DNA of 26,002 nucleotides, taken from NCBI GenBank assembly GCA_950072105.1, contig CATMOE010000052.1, positions 1 to 26,002 of the forward strand, given 5' to 3'. Below are positions 25,879-26,002 of this stretch, in pieces (position 1 is the stretch's first letter; every line of letters starts with the position of its first letter). The notes beneath the pieces were generated by a model. It did not search any database. It was not told the DNA's origin and worked only from the letters and a program-made list of their open reading frames with translations. A program made the translations under genes and the position numbers. This DNA comes from an uncultured Dehalococcoidia bacterium. GTDB taxonomy: Bacteria; Chloroflexota; Dehalococcoidia; Lucifugimonadales; UBA3495.

Positions 25879-26002
25879 ATGGCTGGCGAATTGGTAAACC
25901 TAAATAGCATAGGCGCGGTGGGCATCATAACCCTGAACCGGCCCGAAGCCCGAAACGCCCTCAATCCGAAAATGTTCCAAGAGCTTGGCAGCGCGATTCA
26001 AG
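25879..26002 (+). CDS. Enoyl-CoA hydratase/isomerase family protein, 3'-truncated
   Basis: Not in the ORF track. AAGGAG SD, then MAGELVNLNSIGAVGIITLNRPEARNALNPKMFQELGSAIQ; ITLNRP..RNA is the crotonase N-terminal signature. Confidence 0.88.
   Translation, partial: MAGELVNLNSIGAVGIITLNRPEARNALNPKMFQELGSAIQ

Noticed and set aside
189..25964. Many alternative-frame and antisense ORFs in the track (e.g. 3528-4280, 4326-5063, 6418-7047, 9032-9691, 13486-14262, 19556-20206, 24830-25441)
   Set aside because: They overlap confidently identified genes, show no recognisable motifs, and are the expected shadow ORFs of GC-rich coding DNA.

Overview
Bacterial chromosomal segment, moderately GC-rich. Gene style suggests Chloroflexota/Dehalococcoidia (SAR202-like); this is an inference from the VEKEV-repeat lipoprotein SBP, free-standing tRNA-Ile, Ni-SOD and fused AhbAB. 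Gene order: 5'-truncated cyclase-family hydrolase; minus-strand peptide/nickel-type ABC operon (SBP, orphan membrane protein, DppB, DppC, no ATPases); tRNA-Ile(GAT); mscS; pcm; a BldC/Xis-like HTH regulator heading a tetrapyrrole cluster (ahbAB-sirC-hemC-cobA/hemD-hemB-hemL); a frameshifted lipoprotein; sodN divergent from ilvD; malic enzyme; an AT-richer RHH antitoxin-MazF-PD-(D/E)XK nuclease cassette; tldD-rmuC-tldE; and the start of an enoyl-CoA hydratase. Best leads: (1) a BldC-like regulator with a putative helical sensor domain, plus a 10-bp-phased direct-repeat array over its own promoter, in front of a siroheme-route heme cluster; (2) a ~40-aa NusA-N-terminal-like segment inserted in a loop of the DppC permease; (3) a three-gene TA + nuclease cassette. 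No CRISPR array, integrase or transposase was seen. All family calls come from motif recognition by eye; no searches were run.
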